Shown here one piece after another: positions 10,552 to 24,552 of a stretch of DNA of 64,000 nt. A program made the position numbers and the translations under genes. Below the pieces are notes generated by a model that saw only the letters and a list, made by a program, of their open reading frames with translations, was not told where the DNA came from and ran no database searches. Source of the DNA: Octopus vulgaris (lineage: Eukaryota); the NCBI GenBank assembly GCA_951406725.2, contig OX597822.1, forward strand, positions 63,922,001 to 63,986,000. Direction: 5' to 3'. Numbering within the stretch: position 1 is the first letter of the stretch; each line of letters begins with the position of its first letter.

Positions 10552-11189
10552 ATAGTGTGTGTATGAACATAGGCAAGGGTAAGTAGTTTAGAAGCTTGTT
10601 TATCAACATGAGATATTGGGGTCAATCTCACCAAGTGGTATTTTATGTCACAAGTGTCTTTTACAATAACTTCATGTTGACCCAAGATGGAAACAGTTTT
10701 GGAACATGTTGGCTAGATGACACTGGTAAAACAAGGACCAAGTTTGTCACCTGATTCTGCATGAGGATTATGTTGAAGTTACAAGTGTCTGTGGAATACT
10801 CAGCCACTTAACACTACAATACAATGTGCAGGTGGTTCAGTGAATAAAACCGGTATACTTAGCATTGAAAATTATTTTTATAATATGGAGAGTGTGCATT
10901 CATACACACACGCAGACACACGGATATATTCTTTTTCGAAACAAATTGATCAGTTATCTTGTGGCTTGAGTTTCATGACACTGCAATCTTCAGGCAAGAA
11001 CTGTTACAACTTGGCATTGGTGGTGCATTTATATCCCTTGCTCTAGTAATTGTGTCTATTCCTTGGTTGGCTTTTCATGTTTACTGATTGAACAAACACT
11101 AGACCAAAGAATACAAATACACTATCAATATTGAGGTGTGACAGTCATAGTCTGAAGATCACTGCAGCATGAAACTTGAGCTGCTAGAC

Positions 11190-11518
11190 CAGTGGTTCTC
11201 AACTGGGGTCAATACAAGATTTTTGGGAGTATGTACAACAAAATAGTAAACTGAGGACCTACAATGGTATTTTAAGGGCCCCTGAAAAATTTTTGCTTCA
11301 GATGTATGTATTGGTATATATTGTAAGAAATAGCTTGGTTTCTTTCTCTAACATTTCACAGTTGTACCTACACATGTTAATGAGGGAAAAAACAAAATAG
11401 GAATTCTGAAAGAAGTTTCTGTAAAACTAGTCTTTAAGTATCGAATGGCTGTGGGGGTCCACCAGAATAAAACAGTAATCAAAGGGGTCCATAGATAAAA
11501 AATGGTAGAGAACCCCTG
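11190..11518. mobile_element. hAT (Charlie-like) MITE
   Basis: TIRs CAGTGGTTCTC...GAGAACCCCTG and an 8-bp TSD tgctagac/tgctagag. Confidence 0.82.
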
Positions 11519-12524
11519 TGCTAGAGAAACTCCTAGTTTTAGTTTCAATAACCCGACTATCTCCTACAACATGTGTTGAATACTCCTATCTCATTTCTCT
11601 GGGCAGAATCTGGTGATGCAGTGTGTGACAAAACTGGTTTATGATGTACAGGCATAGTCTATCTTGTGATGCTCGTAAAACACAAGTAAAAACAAACTAA
11701 ATATACATAAAAAGGAAAGACTTATGACTGTGTGTTCATGGCACTGACCTTTCAGTACATGAATTGCTTCAATATACTACCAGATTCTTTTCAGGGGTCA
11801 CATATCACTACATCAACCACTTTCATCATATACATACTTACATACATACATAGGTCATATTGAAAACAACAAAAGAGATACAACAGGTACAAGTTACTGC
11901 TAGATCAAAAAATTAGAAATGGAAAAAAAAAAAAAAAAGGATTATTTAAAAATCAATAAAGTGACCTAGAGCCTAAATAACAGTAAAGTATTTCACCATA
12001 TATGGAAACTCAGATAAATCTATTTTTATCTGGCAGATGGGAAAGAGAGGATATTCTATTCTAATAGATTCACATTTGAGTAGAAATTGGCAGAATTATC
12101 ATTGGACACAAAATACATATGATATATATTTTCTAATGATTATTCTTATCTGATAAATTGCTTTCACCAAATTATCCTACTGTTTACATATTAATATTAA
12201 AGAAATTTTATTTGAAGAAAGGTAAAATATCAGAAATATTTCTTCTTAAAAGGGTAAATGTTAAGGTCAAGAGGTAAAAATTTCAAAGTAGTTGTTCAAT
12301 CTGTAGTTCTAGTGACTAAGTTAATGTAAACATTTGTTAAATATATTACTAAGTTAACCAAGATAGATGTTCAGATAAATTTTCATCCAATAGCTGAGGT
12401 CCTGAGAAGAATTAATCCAAAGCAGCATCAACGTAAGAGGTAATGGAAAAGGCTACTTAAGCTTTGTAAGTGGATTTTATGCATGGAAACTGAAAGAAGC
12501 CTGTTGTGTATGTGCACATATATT

Positions 12525-12914
12525 ATTATTACCTCCACCTTAGTGAAGGCGGAGGTATTGTTTTCAGTCATGTTTGTTTGTTTGTTTGTCTGTGGACAAG
12601 ATCTCTCAAGAACTGCTGGATGGATTCAGACGAAACTTTCAGAGATGTCTGGCCTCATGACTGGCACAAACTGATTAGATTTTGGGATTGATCTGGTATT
12701 GGATAAGGATTCTGGATTATTTTTCCGTTTTTTATTTTGTTTGTTTTTTTTTTTTACTTAATTTTTAAGAGTGATCAGGTTCATTTTTAATATTCTCATT
12801 TGAGAGAGCAGTTGAGTTTAATTCAGATATTCTCATTTAAAAAATCATCCCCGGCAACCATTGAGAGGACGTTGGTGTTGCTTTGGTGGAGGCTTGCATC
12901 CTCTGAGTGCTCTT
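12525..12914 (+). mobile_element. Helentron-associated non-autonomous element (HINE/DINE-1-like)
   Basis: 5' hairpin tacctccacctt/aaggcggaggta (12530-12557), (GTTT)n microsatellite, 3' subterminal inverted copy ggtggagg and a short terminal stem. Flanked by (TTA)n. Confidence 0.7.
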
Positions 12915-13472
12915 ATTATTATTATTATTATTATCATTATGGCCTAATGGTTAGGGTGCTGCACTCATGATGCACCTTCACGTGTGCAAGTCTCAGTGCC
13001 ACAATCAAAGAAAAAGTGTTCTTCATTTCTTATCCTTCATGAAAACATCTGGCCTTGGGGAAAAATTATCGCATTAGGAAACGCATGAGAATTAGCAGTA
13101 GGAAGGGCATCTGGGTGCAGAAAAATCTGCTTCAACAGATTCCATTCCACCCGTGCAAGCATAGAAAAGTGGATTTTCAAATGATGACAATAATTGTTGC
13201 CACATACATGTGCCCATATATGATGGTATAAAAGACTCACGGGCATATTAGATGCACTCCCATTTCAGCAAAGCGTTCTAAGGAAAGGAATATTTTAGGG
13301 TAAGTAATATTTGTTGCCACTTTAACATGGCTGTTTCATATGAACATATGTTACTGCAATTTTTTTAACTGCAAGAGGACAATTCCTGTAGCTAGTTAAC
13401 GATGCAATCTGCATCTGATATATTGTAAGCAGGGGAGCAAGGAGCGAATCCCTACCACTTTCTTGTGACAGA

Positions 13473-13522
13473 CCAACAGACAAGCTTGGTTTCAGGCCAT
13501 TTTTGCCCATCCTCAGTGCTGG
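13473..13522 (-). ncRNA. Type I hammerhead ribozyme motif (Penelope-like)
   Basis: Minus strand reads CCAGCA CUGAGGA U GGGC AAAAAUG GCCU GAAA C CAAGCUU GUC UGUUGG. Stem I is CCAGCA/UGUUGG, the core is CUGANGA + GAAA, stem II is GGGC/GCCU, and the cleavage triplet is GUC. Confidence 0.7.
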
Positions 13523-13645
13523 ACACCTGTCTGCTAGAGATGGTAGTAGTTCCCTCTAGTATGCAATATATACAAAATCAAGCAACATTCAGTCACTAAT
13601 CTTGCCCAACAAATAAAGCAGCTAATTATAAAATATTTTAAGGCA

Positions 13646-14498
13646 TTGACCACTTTTGTTACCATATTTCTGTGAAAATACTCTGACGTTACTCTTTACT
13701 CTTTTACTTGTTTCAGTCATTTGACAGCGGCCATGCTGGAGCACCGCCTTTAGTCGAGCAAATTGACCCCGAGACTTATTCTTTGTAAGCCCAGTACTTA
13801 TTCTATCGGTCTCTTTTGTCGAACCGCTAAGTGACGGGGACGTAAACACACCAGCATCGGTTGTCAAGCAATGCTAGAGGGACAAACACAGACACACAAA
13901 CATATATACACACATACATATATATACATATATACGACAGGCTTCTTTCAGTTTCCGTCTACCAAATCCACTCACAAGGCTTTGGTCGGCCCGAGGCTAT
14001 AGCAGAAGACACTTGCCCAAGATGCCACGCAGTGGGACTGAACCCGGAACCATGTGGTTGGTTAGCAAGCTACTTACCACACAGCCACTCCTGCGCCTAA
14101 TTAATTTTGAAAATAACGAAGAATTTAGTAAAATAACCTTGTTATTATTAAGCTGAGGTTTGGGACATAAATTGATATGGAATTTTGATGGAAGGTTTAA
14201 ATTTAGATCCTTTTAACCTTATGGCATTTAAACCAGCCACACCTAGCTCAAATATTCTACCTGTTTTATGTTCAAACCAGCCAGATCTAGTCTGTCACAC
14301 CTACCAGGTCAGTCTAAAAGTAGACAATAACATCATTGAAACCCTGAGACCGTGAGATAATACCTGATTAATTTAAAGCAATGTAAATGAATAAGTATTG
14401 CATTTGATAGAATAACCTGAATGCTGAAGAATAAAAGCAGGAAACTTGTATTATAAAATCAAAGCCAGTCTTCGGTAGATTGGCACTGAAAAGATTAA
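13646..14498. mobile_element. Old MITE-A-like element interrupted by a SINE (13690-14097) and a MITE-B (14213-14432)
   Basis: Segments 13646-13689, 14098-14212 and 14433-14498 align in order with 3120-3349. Confidence 0.55.
13690..14097 (-). mobile_element. SINE family 1, full length and young (CpG-rich)
   Basis: Reverse complement of the family 1 consensus from ggcgcaggagtggc to the gtaaaagagtaaagag tail. Confidence 0.9.
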
Positions 14499-16052
14499 AG
14501 CATCAAATATAGGCCCCACTACACATAAAGGGCCTGGGATGGATTTCTGAGACATTTTTTAGTATGTGTGTGTTTTATATGCCTTAAAATACAGTACTTA
14601 TAAAAGACCAGCACTGTTCTTTCTTGCACAAAAACAGCTGGCTGGTATATCAGCTCAGACATCTTTATAAGGGCCAAAGTGATCGTAACTTAGAAACTTC
14701 ATCCTTAAAGGGTCAAAATGTCACTATGGTTACCAATTTTAGTCTCCAAAAAACAACTATGAAAAATGAGGTTGAAAAAAAAAACTGAATGTGGTTTTAA
14801 AGAAGTGCAATAAAAATAACAGAATGATGGTGCTGTGTCTTGATACTTCACAGTGTAAATATTTCTGTAGGTGACAGCAGCAGAGTCTGGAGTCAGGGAT
14901 CTCGTGATTTGTGGGGAGGTGGGTTAATGCTAGGTGGAGGAGGGGGATAAGTAAACTAACTCCTGTCAAATTAGTTTGGAAAACATTCAGTGTGTGTGTA
15001 TGTTTACACACACACAGAGCACATACACACACACACACTTTTTATATCAAATTTACATTTTATTCTGTGTGTGTGTGTGTGTGTGTGTGATAAAGCTCCT
15101 TACTTGACTAACTTTCTAAATATTTAAAAACAATATCTTTCCTCCATTGACAGCTAACAACCCTTGAAAGTAAGAAACCAGAGAAGGGGCCTGATAGCAA
15201 GAGAGACCTTCTTACATTTGTAAACAGTAAGTAATTGGTCTTATTCCAGACACCAACCACCACCGCCACCACCATGCCATAGCCACCACCATCACCATCA
15301 CCATCACCACCAAGTACATCTCTCTCCAACTTAACTTTATATTTGCTCATATCGAAAATAAAAGATTTGTTATGGTTATAAAGAAGATTTTTACCAGGAG
15401 TGTAAGAGAGGACGTAGGGTTGGTACTGATCAAAAATTGTTGTTGTTACTGCTGTTGTTGTTGTTGATAGTGGTAGTGATATATACACCACGAAATTTGA
15501 AATGAGAGATTTTATTATCAGATATAAATGTTATCGCATAGCCTAGAGACTGACGAGCAGCTGTGATTTGGGAAAGAAAAAGATGTTATCAGAAAGCAAG
15601 AGAAAGAACTGAGAGTTTATTTTATTTAACTTTTTTTTTTTTAATACTAAAAAAGCTCAGTTAAGCTGCCAAATCTTATCTCATAGTAAGTATAAAACAT
15701 GTAAAAAATCAAATATTTATCCACTTGTTATTGGCTTATAACTGCAACAGATATTTGTATTCTAGTAATAACAAGTTTACAATTTGTTGGGACAGTCATG
15801 TTAAACCAGTGTGTTAAACCATTTCGCTGAACACAACTTTACTTAAATCATGTTGTTGAGACAAGTGTTGTGCACACCAGACTTTTTCACTGACATACAG
15901 TTTACGTTCAAATCTTTCACTCAGCTTGTTGTTATAGTTGTTGTTGCTGCTGTTGTTTATATTTAGTCTCAAGTCTGTCAGATATGAACAAACAGGTATA
16001 TAATCAAAACCATTCCAATTTTGTTCATTCCTTTCATTAGTTCACATCTACG

Positions 16053-16453
16053 TCTTTTACTCTTTTACTTGTTTCAGTCATTTGCCTGTGGCCACGCTGG
16101 AGCACCGCCTTTAGTCGAGCAAATCGACCCCAGGACTTATTCTTTGTAAGCCTAGTACTTATTCTATCAGTGTCTTTTGCCGAACCGCTAAGTTACAAGG
16201 ACATAAACACACCAGCATCAGTTGTCAAGCAATGTCGGAATGGGAGGACAAACACAGACACACAAACGCACATATATATATACATATATACGACAGGCCT
16301 CTTTCAGTTTCCATTTACCAAATCCATTTACAAGGCTTTGGTCGGCCCGAGGCTATAGTAGAAGACACTTGCCCAAGGTGCCACGCAGTAGGACTGAACC
16401 CGGAACCATGTGGTTGGTAAGCAAGCTACTTACCACACAGCCACTCCTGCACC
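16053..16453 (-). mobile_element. SINE family 1, full length
   Basis: High similarity to 13690-14097. Confidence 0.88.
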
Positions 16454-16484
16454 TATTCTTTTTCCTCCATTTTTTTTTTGTCTT

Positions 16485-16709
16485 TAACCATTTAGCATTT
16501 AAACTGGGCATATCTCTTCAAAATATTCTACTGTTTTATCTTCAAACTGGTTGGATTTGACCTATCCTATCTATCCTAAAAAGTCATTCTAGAAATAAAC
16601 AATCAGAATCTTGAAACCTCAAAGCTACAAGATAATGTATGATGAATTTAAAACAATGTGAATAAATAAGCATAATATTCGATAGAGTTTTCTGAATACT
16701 AGAGTGTTA
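16485..16709. mobile_element. piggyBac-like MITE family B
   Basis: ttaaccatttagcatt...aatactagagtgttaa. Confidence 0.7.
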
Positions 16710-16921
16710 AAACTTTTCATCAAGAAGGATGGCAGTACCCATATCTCTTCTCAGAGCCTCCTGCTATGTTTGTGTGTTGTGGTTGATGACAGGAAGGGCA
16801 CCCAGCTGTAAAAAGTGGTTAGTGATAAGAAGATATCTAGCCATAGAAATCAAATCAAAAACGAATCTAGCCTGTTCATGAGAAGTGGCACCTAGTGAGA
16901 AGTGTGATGATCCCTCTAACT

Positions 16922-17120
16922 CATTGGTTCTCAACCATTTTTAACCATTGGGCTCTTTTGGTTCCGGTTTTATTCTACTGGACCTTCATAGCCATTTGAT
17001 GTTTAAAAAAAATCCCATTATATTTTTGTAACTGAATATTATTAAGAATTGTATAAAACAAAATAGTTAAAAAAATTCTTGGCAACAAGACATTATATGG
17101 ACTCCAGTTGAGAACCACTG
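16922..17120. mobile_element. hAT-like MITE
   Basis: CATTGGTTCTCAAC...GTTGAGAACCACTG with TSD ctctaact/atctaact. Confidence 0.78.
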
Positions 17121-17452
17121 ATCTAACTTGTGCCACTATGGAAAGCAGATATAAAATGATAATGAGCATGATGATGATGTGAATGTGTGTATGTGGCTAG
17201 AAAAAGAGAGAGAGAGAGAATGTATGTGTGTGTCTATCTTTTCTATTTTTTTCATATTTCACTCATTGGATTGCAAGCTATGCTGGGGCACTGCTTTGAA
17301 GGGTTTAATCGAAGAAATGAACCCCAGTACTTATTTTTAAGTCTGGTACTTATTCTATCAATCACTTTGGCCAAACTGTTAAGTTACATATACAAACCAG
17401 CACTAGTTGTCAAGTGATGGGGAGGAGGGCAAACCTTAATACATACATACAG

Positions 17453-17485
<33 letters not shown>

Positions 17486-19204
17486 CATACATGACAGGAT
17501 TCCACACAGTTTCTATGTACCAAATTTGCCCACAAGGCATTTATCAGCTTGGGGCTATAGAAGACACTTGCCCAAAGTACCATGCAGTGGGACTGAACCC
17601 AGGACCGTGTGGTTGGGAAGCAATCACACAGCCATATTTTTGTGTAGAAAATATGCATGTTTATGTGTGTATGCATGTATGTATGTGTATATATATACAC
17701 ACACATGCATGCATATATGCATGAATCAAGTGTAGATGTGTTTGTGCATGTATATGGAAAGGTCAATGTAATAGCTTACAATGGATGAATTACTTATGTT
17801 CAATCCTAAAACAGTTAGACCTTGAAAAATAATTAAAATTTAATTACATATATATATATATTCAGCTTAATTGCAAATGCCCTAATTTATGTTAATTAGT
17901 TTCACATAAAAAATAAAAGAGTATATATTTATATAATCCCTCAAAAGTTAAAATTATTAAAAGAAAGCAAACACACACACACACAAGATATAAGAACAAA
18001 AGCTAAGACTTCATCTATTTTCAGCAATGATGCAGTAGAGGCGAGGCTGGAGGAAAAAAAACCCCAAAACAAACGAATATTATATGACTGCTTGGTGTGT
18101 AAAGACAAATGTCTACTTTCATTCTTGTCAATAATCCAGACCTACTTCTTACAATTAACAGATTAAGTGCATATAGTTGCAGCTGCAAACAGTGAAAAGA
18201 CAATCTTGTAAGTGCAGAAGACAATTAAACAGGAAATATATATTTTTTTATCTGGGTGTCTGTCTGCCTGTATGTCACACTAACTTCTCCATCTAACTCT
18301 GCATCTATTTTTTTAATATTTTACATTAAAGACAACCCTTTAAGTAACGGGAAAGTTTGGAGCAGTAAATGCAAAAATATTTTGTAGATTTTTTTTTTTT
18401 TAAAGTCAATTACTTTTATATATTATTGTGTCATTCTCTTTTAGTGCTTTATTATTTGACACACCCACTGGTTCAGTTTCCACTCATTTACATATTTATT
18501 TTTTCTAAAAATTTTCTTTGCGTCTTGCAACCTTTGCAATAGTCATTGACTCTGTCCGTTATCAGAGCTGCGTTCCTTTTTGTTTGTTTGTATGCATGTG
18601 AGTGCGTCAGTGTGCATGTGTATACACATATGTAAGTATGCATGTATGTGTCTGTGTGTGTATGGATATATATGTATGCATGTGTGTACGTATGTATTCT
18701 GTGTGTTCATGTTTGTGTGTTTGTATGTGTGTATGCGTATTTGTGTGTGTGTGTACCTCTGTCTCCTTGTGTGTACATGTTTGAGTGTGTCTATGTGTAT
18801 GGGTTTGTGTGACTATCTACGTGTGTCTTATGTATGGATGTATGTCTCTATATGAGTCCGTGTGTGAAGTGTGCACGTGTGTATATGGTCATGTGTTTCA
18901 GTCCTCATTTGTGTATGCATGTACGTGCTTGTCTGTCCGTATTACCTATGTCACTATCTATCTGTTTACTTACACATCTGACATTTATCTGACCTTAATT
19001 TAGATTTTGTTTGTTCATAAAATGCATTTTAACCCTTTAGCATTCATATATTCTGTCAAATGCAATGTCTATTCATTCACATTGCTTTGAATTAGTCATG
19101 CATTACCTTAAAGCTTCGAGACTTTGTTTATTTTTATAATGACATTATAGGGCAGGAGTGAGAAGTCAGATACGACCAATTTAAATGTTAAAGGGTGCAG
19201 CAAT

Positions 19205-19493
19205 ACTGAGCATGGTCAATACCAGTGCTACCTGACTGGCTCCTGTGCTGTTGGCATGTAAAAAGCATTATTCAGGCATGGCCGATGCCAGTGCCGCCTG
19301 ACTGGCCCTCATGCCGGTGGCATGTAAGAAGCTGCCACTACACTCTTGGAGTGGCTGGCATTAGGAAGGGCATCCAGCTATAGAAACCTTGCCAGATCAG
19401 ATTAGAGCTTGATGTAGCCTCCTTGCTTGCCAGTCCTCAGTCTAACCGTCCAACCCATGCCAGCATGGAAAGCGGATGTTAAACGATGATGAT
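19205..19493 (+). mobile_element. RTE-B LINE 3' UTR copy
   Basis: Matches 5585-5900. Confidence 0.75.
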
Positions 19494-20486
19494 ATTAAGC
19501 TATAAATGTGACAGCAGTTACAAAGGAGACTTGAGGTATGTGTAGATCACACACACACACACACATGCATCTCCCCATGCATGCACAAATGCATTATAAC
19601 AAAATCAAATCTCATAATTCACAAATTGAATTTTTTAACCAATTTAGCCAAATGTTAGACACATACTGAAATACATTGCAGTGTGGGCTTTGTGAGAGGA
19701 GTGTGGTTGTGCCACTGCATTCTCTTAGTGCCTCCAAGACTGGACAGATCAAGAGAAAATGTTGTCATCAGAACTGGCCCCAATGTTTGGTAAAAAGCAC
19801 AGACGGACCAAATTGTAGTGGAAAATTAGTGAATGATTAAGTCAACCAGCGAAAGCTCAGCAAACAATTACAATCTACCAACTTTCACTCACAAGGCTTT
19901 TATTGACCCTAGAAGAAACTTACCCATGGTGCCATGCAGTGGGATTGAACCTAAAGCCACACAATAAACATAAGTAAGTAAAGAGAAAACCCACAGTAAA
20001 CTACCTTTGTTATATTATGATAGAAGATAAATGAAAATATGAGTGGCAATGTCTGTATTAATTAGGTACATAATAGATGAGAGGGCCTGAGATTTGTGAC
20101 AGAGTACGTAACATATGAGATGACAGGTGACGTGTAAACCAAGTATTTAATGCTGGAGATGCCTGGAGCTATGGGATAATTTAGATACATACATACACGT
20201 GTGTGTGTGTGTGATACTAGATGTTATCGTGGCTAGAATGGTAGGGTAGCATGTCAGAGAATGAAGAATTGCAACGAGCCCTCTCAAAATTCTTCCCATG
20301 ACTGTTTGGCATAGTTTGGGGCGCATTCTTTGGTTGCGGGATATGGATTGAATTATATAGTTTTATAAAGAATTGTAAAGAATGATGGCATTGATAAAAC
20401 AAAAGTTGTTGATGATGATGATGATGGAGGTAGAGTTTATGATGTTAAATGGTTCTGCTACATCTTTTAAATTTTGCTTTGTTAGG

Positions 20487-20592
<106 letters not shown>

Positions 20593-20810
20593 TTGGTAAG
20601 CCAGAGAACTACGTTAAGCTCTAATGTCAGCACTGGGGTGGTTTCTATGGCTGGATGCCCTTCCTAATGCCAACCACTTTGCAGAATCTACTGGGTGGCT
20701 TTTTACAATGTACCAACACCAGTGAAGTACCCAAATAAGCTGGAAGACCAAACCCTTCAACTTGTGTATAAAATAAAAGGAACCCAACAAATCCTTTATA
20801 TATATAATGT

Positions 20811-21185
20811 GGAGACGCAATGGCCCAGTGGTTATGGCAGCAGACAAATGGTCATAGGATTGCAGTTTCGATTCCCAAACTAGGCGTTGTGTTTACTGAG
20901 CAAAAACACCTAAAGTTCCACGAGGCTTCGGCAGGGGTTGGTGGCAAAACCCTGCTATATTCTTTCACCACAACTTTCTCTCACTCTTTCTTCCTGTTTC
21001 TGTTGTACCTGTATTTCAAAGGGCCAGCCTTGTCACACTGTGTCATGCTGAATCTCCCTGAGAACTACGTTAAGGGTACATGTGTCTGTGGAGTGCTCAG
21101 CTACTTGAACGGCAATTTCACAAGCAGGCTGTTCTGTTGATCTGATAAACTGGAACCCTTGTCGTCGTAACCGACGGAGTGCCAC
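20811..21185 (+). mobile_element. tRNA-derived SINE family 2, full length
   Basis: A-box tggcccagtggtt and B-box gtttcgattccc. Second copy at 29310-29669. Confidence 0.85.
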
Positions 21186-21214
21186 GAATATAAATATACA
21201 TATATATATATAAA

Positions 21215-21415
21215 TGTGACCGAGTGTGTATCATTGGTGATCTTTTTCCTCCATCTTCCCTTCCTTGGATCTTTCCTTTTCCTATGTTTCTGACAAAGAG
21301 CTCTGCTCGAAACGTTAAATCCTCCTCCTTTCTTTCCTTTCCTGAGTGTCCAATAACACTATACTTGTTCCACGTCTCGTGTTGTTGTGTTTTCATGTTT
21401 GGATTAACTTTATAT
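21215..21415 (+). mobile_element. Penelope-like fragment with a degenerate minimal hammerhead motif (21286-21320)
   Basis: ttt CTGACAA A GAGC tct GCTC GAAA CGTTA aat. The segment is pyrimidine-rich and bounded by (TA)n. Confidence 0.5.
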
Positions 21416-23670
21416 ATAGTAATGTAGGGGCAGTCCACATTACTCTGTAAGGAGCACGGGGCCAGTTTCCTGGTTTCTTTGGCATATATATTTTTTCCTG
21501 GACAGGATGCTGGTCTTTTGCAGCATTATCCATGTTTACCAGCTGAGTGGACTGGAGCAATGTGAAACAAAGTGTTTTGCTTAAGAACACAACGCATTGC
21601 CTGGACCAGGAATCAAAACTACAATCTTGCAACCAGGAGTCCAACACCCTAACCACTAAGCAATATGTGTGTGTGTGTATGTGTGAATACAATCTCTGGC
21701 TGCATACCTATTTATCATAATCTCAGAAAAAAAAAACTGCTAGTGAGATGTAAAATGAGGATTTAATCAGTAAGTTTAATTTTTGTATAAAGATAAAAAC
21801 ACGCTGGAGATAAAACAAAGAACTACAGCAATAAATCTAAGATTACACGAGGGCCTCAATCTTGATATATATACTTACTGTACATGCACAAACACATTTT
21901 ATCTGCAACCCTTATGCCATTGCACATGTGTATAAGGACAGAGAAGGGATATACATACAACCTAGAGGAGATAGATTTTCTATATATATATACATGTGTG
22001 TGTGTATTTGGAAATGTGTGGCTAAAGAGCTGTATTTGTGCCTGGTGTATACATGGGAGGAAGATAGATGAAGTTGGTAGCAGTGATGGAGCAGTGAAAA
22101 AATATAATAATGGTAATGAAACAACATGAGTGATAGACCATGTTGTGTCTGGTAAGTGTCTGAGTAAGGAAAGAGAAAGGTATGGGAGGAGGAGGAGGAA
22201 AAAATAGAAATGGGTTGAGGATGAGGATAAGTAGTGCAGTGGTGGCGCTGGTGGTGGTGGAGAGAAGTGGATGGAGAATGAGAAAGGAGAAAAATGTAGA
22301 AGTGTTACAAAATGAATGGAAAAATAATATGGAACAGAAAAAGAGATAAATTTTGTGTGTGTGTGAGGAGGGAGAAAGGGAAGATGAAAAAGGGTGAGAA
22401 GTTTCTATTTTACCATTTCTAATAAACCAAAAATAGTGTTAGAGAGGTTAAAGAAGGATCCCATGGTGGACCAGTCTTTTTTAAATTATGCAGCGAGGAA
22501 TGTAAAATATAACCAAGTTCTTTCTTTAGCCGGTGAGTAAGTGCTTTTGGATCACTAAGAATGGATACAATCACATAATCCAAAACTATTAACTGAAACT
22601 AAATATCCTTCTGGGATCTCACTGCCCTCTGAGGATGCAAAAAGAAGCCAAGGACACAATTTCTCAACACCAAACCATTAAGGATACAAAAAAACATACA
22701 AGAATGTCTGTGTGGTTCATAAGCTTGCTTCATAACTACAGTATTTTTGAGTTCAATTCCAGTGAGCACTTCCATGGGCAAGGGTCTTCTACTAGAACCA
22801 CAGGTTGACCAAATCTTTATGGGTGAAATTTGGTAAGCAGAGCCTATGCAGAAGTCTGTCATATACATATATTGTTTAATGTACACAGTATATAATTATG
22901 AGCTACTAATAGTTTCATACACTGGAGAGGTTTCTAGGCACGTTTTAATGACAAGCCTAGTGTCTCCAAGCAATCCACAAACTCTGAGCACATGGTCTAT
23001 ACAAGTAGCAAATTAGGACAATAGAGCAAAAGAAATCATGAGAAAAGAACAAGAGGAAAGTGGATGCAAAATGTGGAAAGGTGAAAGAATCGGAAAAAGA
23101 TAGGAAAAAGAAGAGAATTAGAATTATGTCCCTTTTGACAATAAAGCCATAAAACTATTTGGTGTAGAATGAACAGAAGTGTAAAGTCTGTAATACAACT
23201 CCTTAATCCAGATAGGGTGGTGTACTCCAATTTGTCAAAAGAAATTTGTCCACATATTTGCATTTGCTGAACATTTCACATCTGGAATTCAGTAGTGTGG
23301 TGGAATTCTTGCATTTAAAAAGGATATGCAATCATTCAGCTATACATAAGTCACATTTTTCGCATCTCTGAACATATGGCATGGATTTTTTCCATTTTCC
23401 ACTTGACTGTATGTGGCATGGAGTTGGTCTTCAAGCCCCATATGTAAGCCCCATATGTGGCTAGCAAAGCTTAGTGGGTTTACTTTTGTCCATGTACCAG
23501 AAAGAAGAAAGCTGGTTGGCATAGCATCTTTTGAATTTGCCTTCACATAACCCAATGTACTTCTTCTTTTCCGTCAGGTTCTCATGTAGTGTTGCTGTTA
23601 TTTCTGTTCCATATTTGGAGTTTATCATGAGTGCTCGTTTAGGTGGGCGAACTCCAGAGTCTCAACAGTA

Positions 23671-24067
23671 ACTCTTTTACTTGTTTCAGTCATTTGACTG
23701 TAGCAATGCTGGAGCACCACCTTTAGTCGAGCAAATCAACCCCAAGACTTATTCTTTGGAAGCCTAGTACTTATTCTATTGGTCTCTTTTGATGAACTGC
23801 TAAGTTATGGGGATGTAATCACACCAGCATCGGTTCTCAAGCGATGTTGGGGGGGACAAACAAAGGCACACAAACATATACACCCATACATATTTATATA
23901 CATAGATACGATGGGCTTCTTTCAGTTTCCATCTACCAAATCCTCTCACAAAGCTTTGGTCAGCCTGAGGCTATAGTAGAAGACACTTGCTCAAGGTGCC
24001 ACGCAGTTGGAATGAACCCGGAACCATGTGCTTTGTAAGCAAGCTACTTACCACTTAGCCACTCCTG
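23671..24067 (-). mobile_element. SINE family 1
   Basis: Full-length reverse copy. Confidence 0.85.
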
Positions 24068-24332
24068 ATGTTATGATGGCTGACAATAATCCTCCATGGA
24101 TATACCAGCATGAAAAGATAGATGAATATGATGCATGGGTAAAAAAGATGTTGAAGCAATGATAGCTAATACTTACTCAATAATTCTGTCTATTATAGCC
24201 ACAAGGCCTGAAATTTTGGAAATGGGGTGGCTACTTGATTACATCAGTTCCAGCATTCAACTAGTATTTATTTTCGTAGGCCAGGTGACCCTCAAAGGAT
24301 GTAAGTCGAAGTAGACCTTGGTGGAATTTTAA

Positions 24333-24552
24333 CCCTTTCGTTACCAACCCGGCTGAAACCAGCTCTGGCTCTGAGTACAAATGTCTTGTTTTCATAAGTT
24401 TTGAATTAAAATCCACCACCAAACCTTAGTCACAATTTACATTCCTAACACTAGCTGAATGATAACTAAGTTATTTTACTAAATTCTTTGTTATATTTAA
24501 AGTAACTGAAAGAAACAGAGAGCGTCTCAAAATAAATACAGTAATAAAAGGG
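24333..24552. mobile_element. piggyBac-like MITE family A inserted in a family 4 SINE
   Basis: TTAA TSDs at 24329-24332 and 24553-24556, with TIR CCCTTTCGTTAC. It is reversed relative to 3124-3345. The flanks rejoin as the SINE-4 B-box region. Confidence 0.85.

Noticed and set aside
15100-15491. Candidate first exon (ORF 15108-15491, nearby gtaagg donor)
   Set aside because: An in-frame stop precedes the donor, the other frames are closed, and there is no clear signal peptide.
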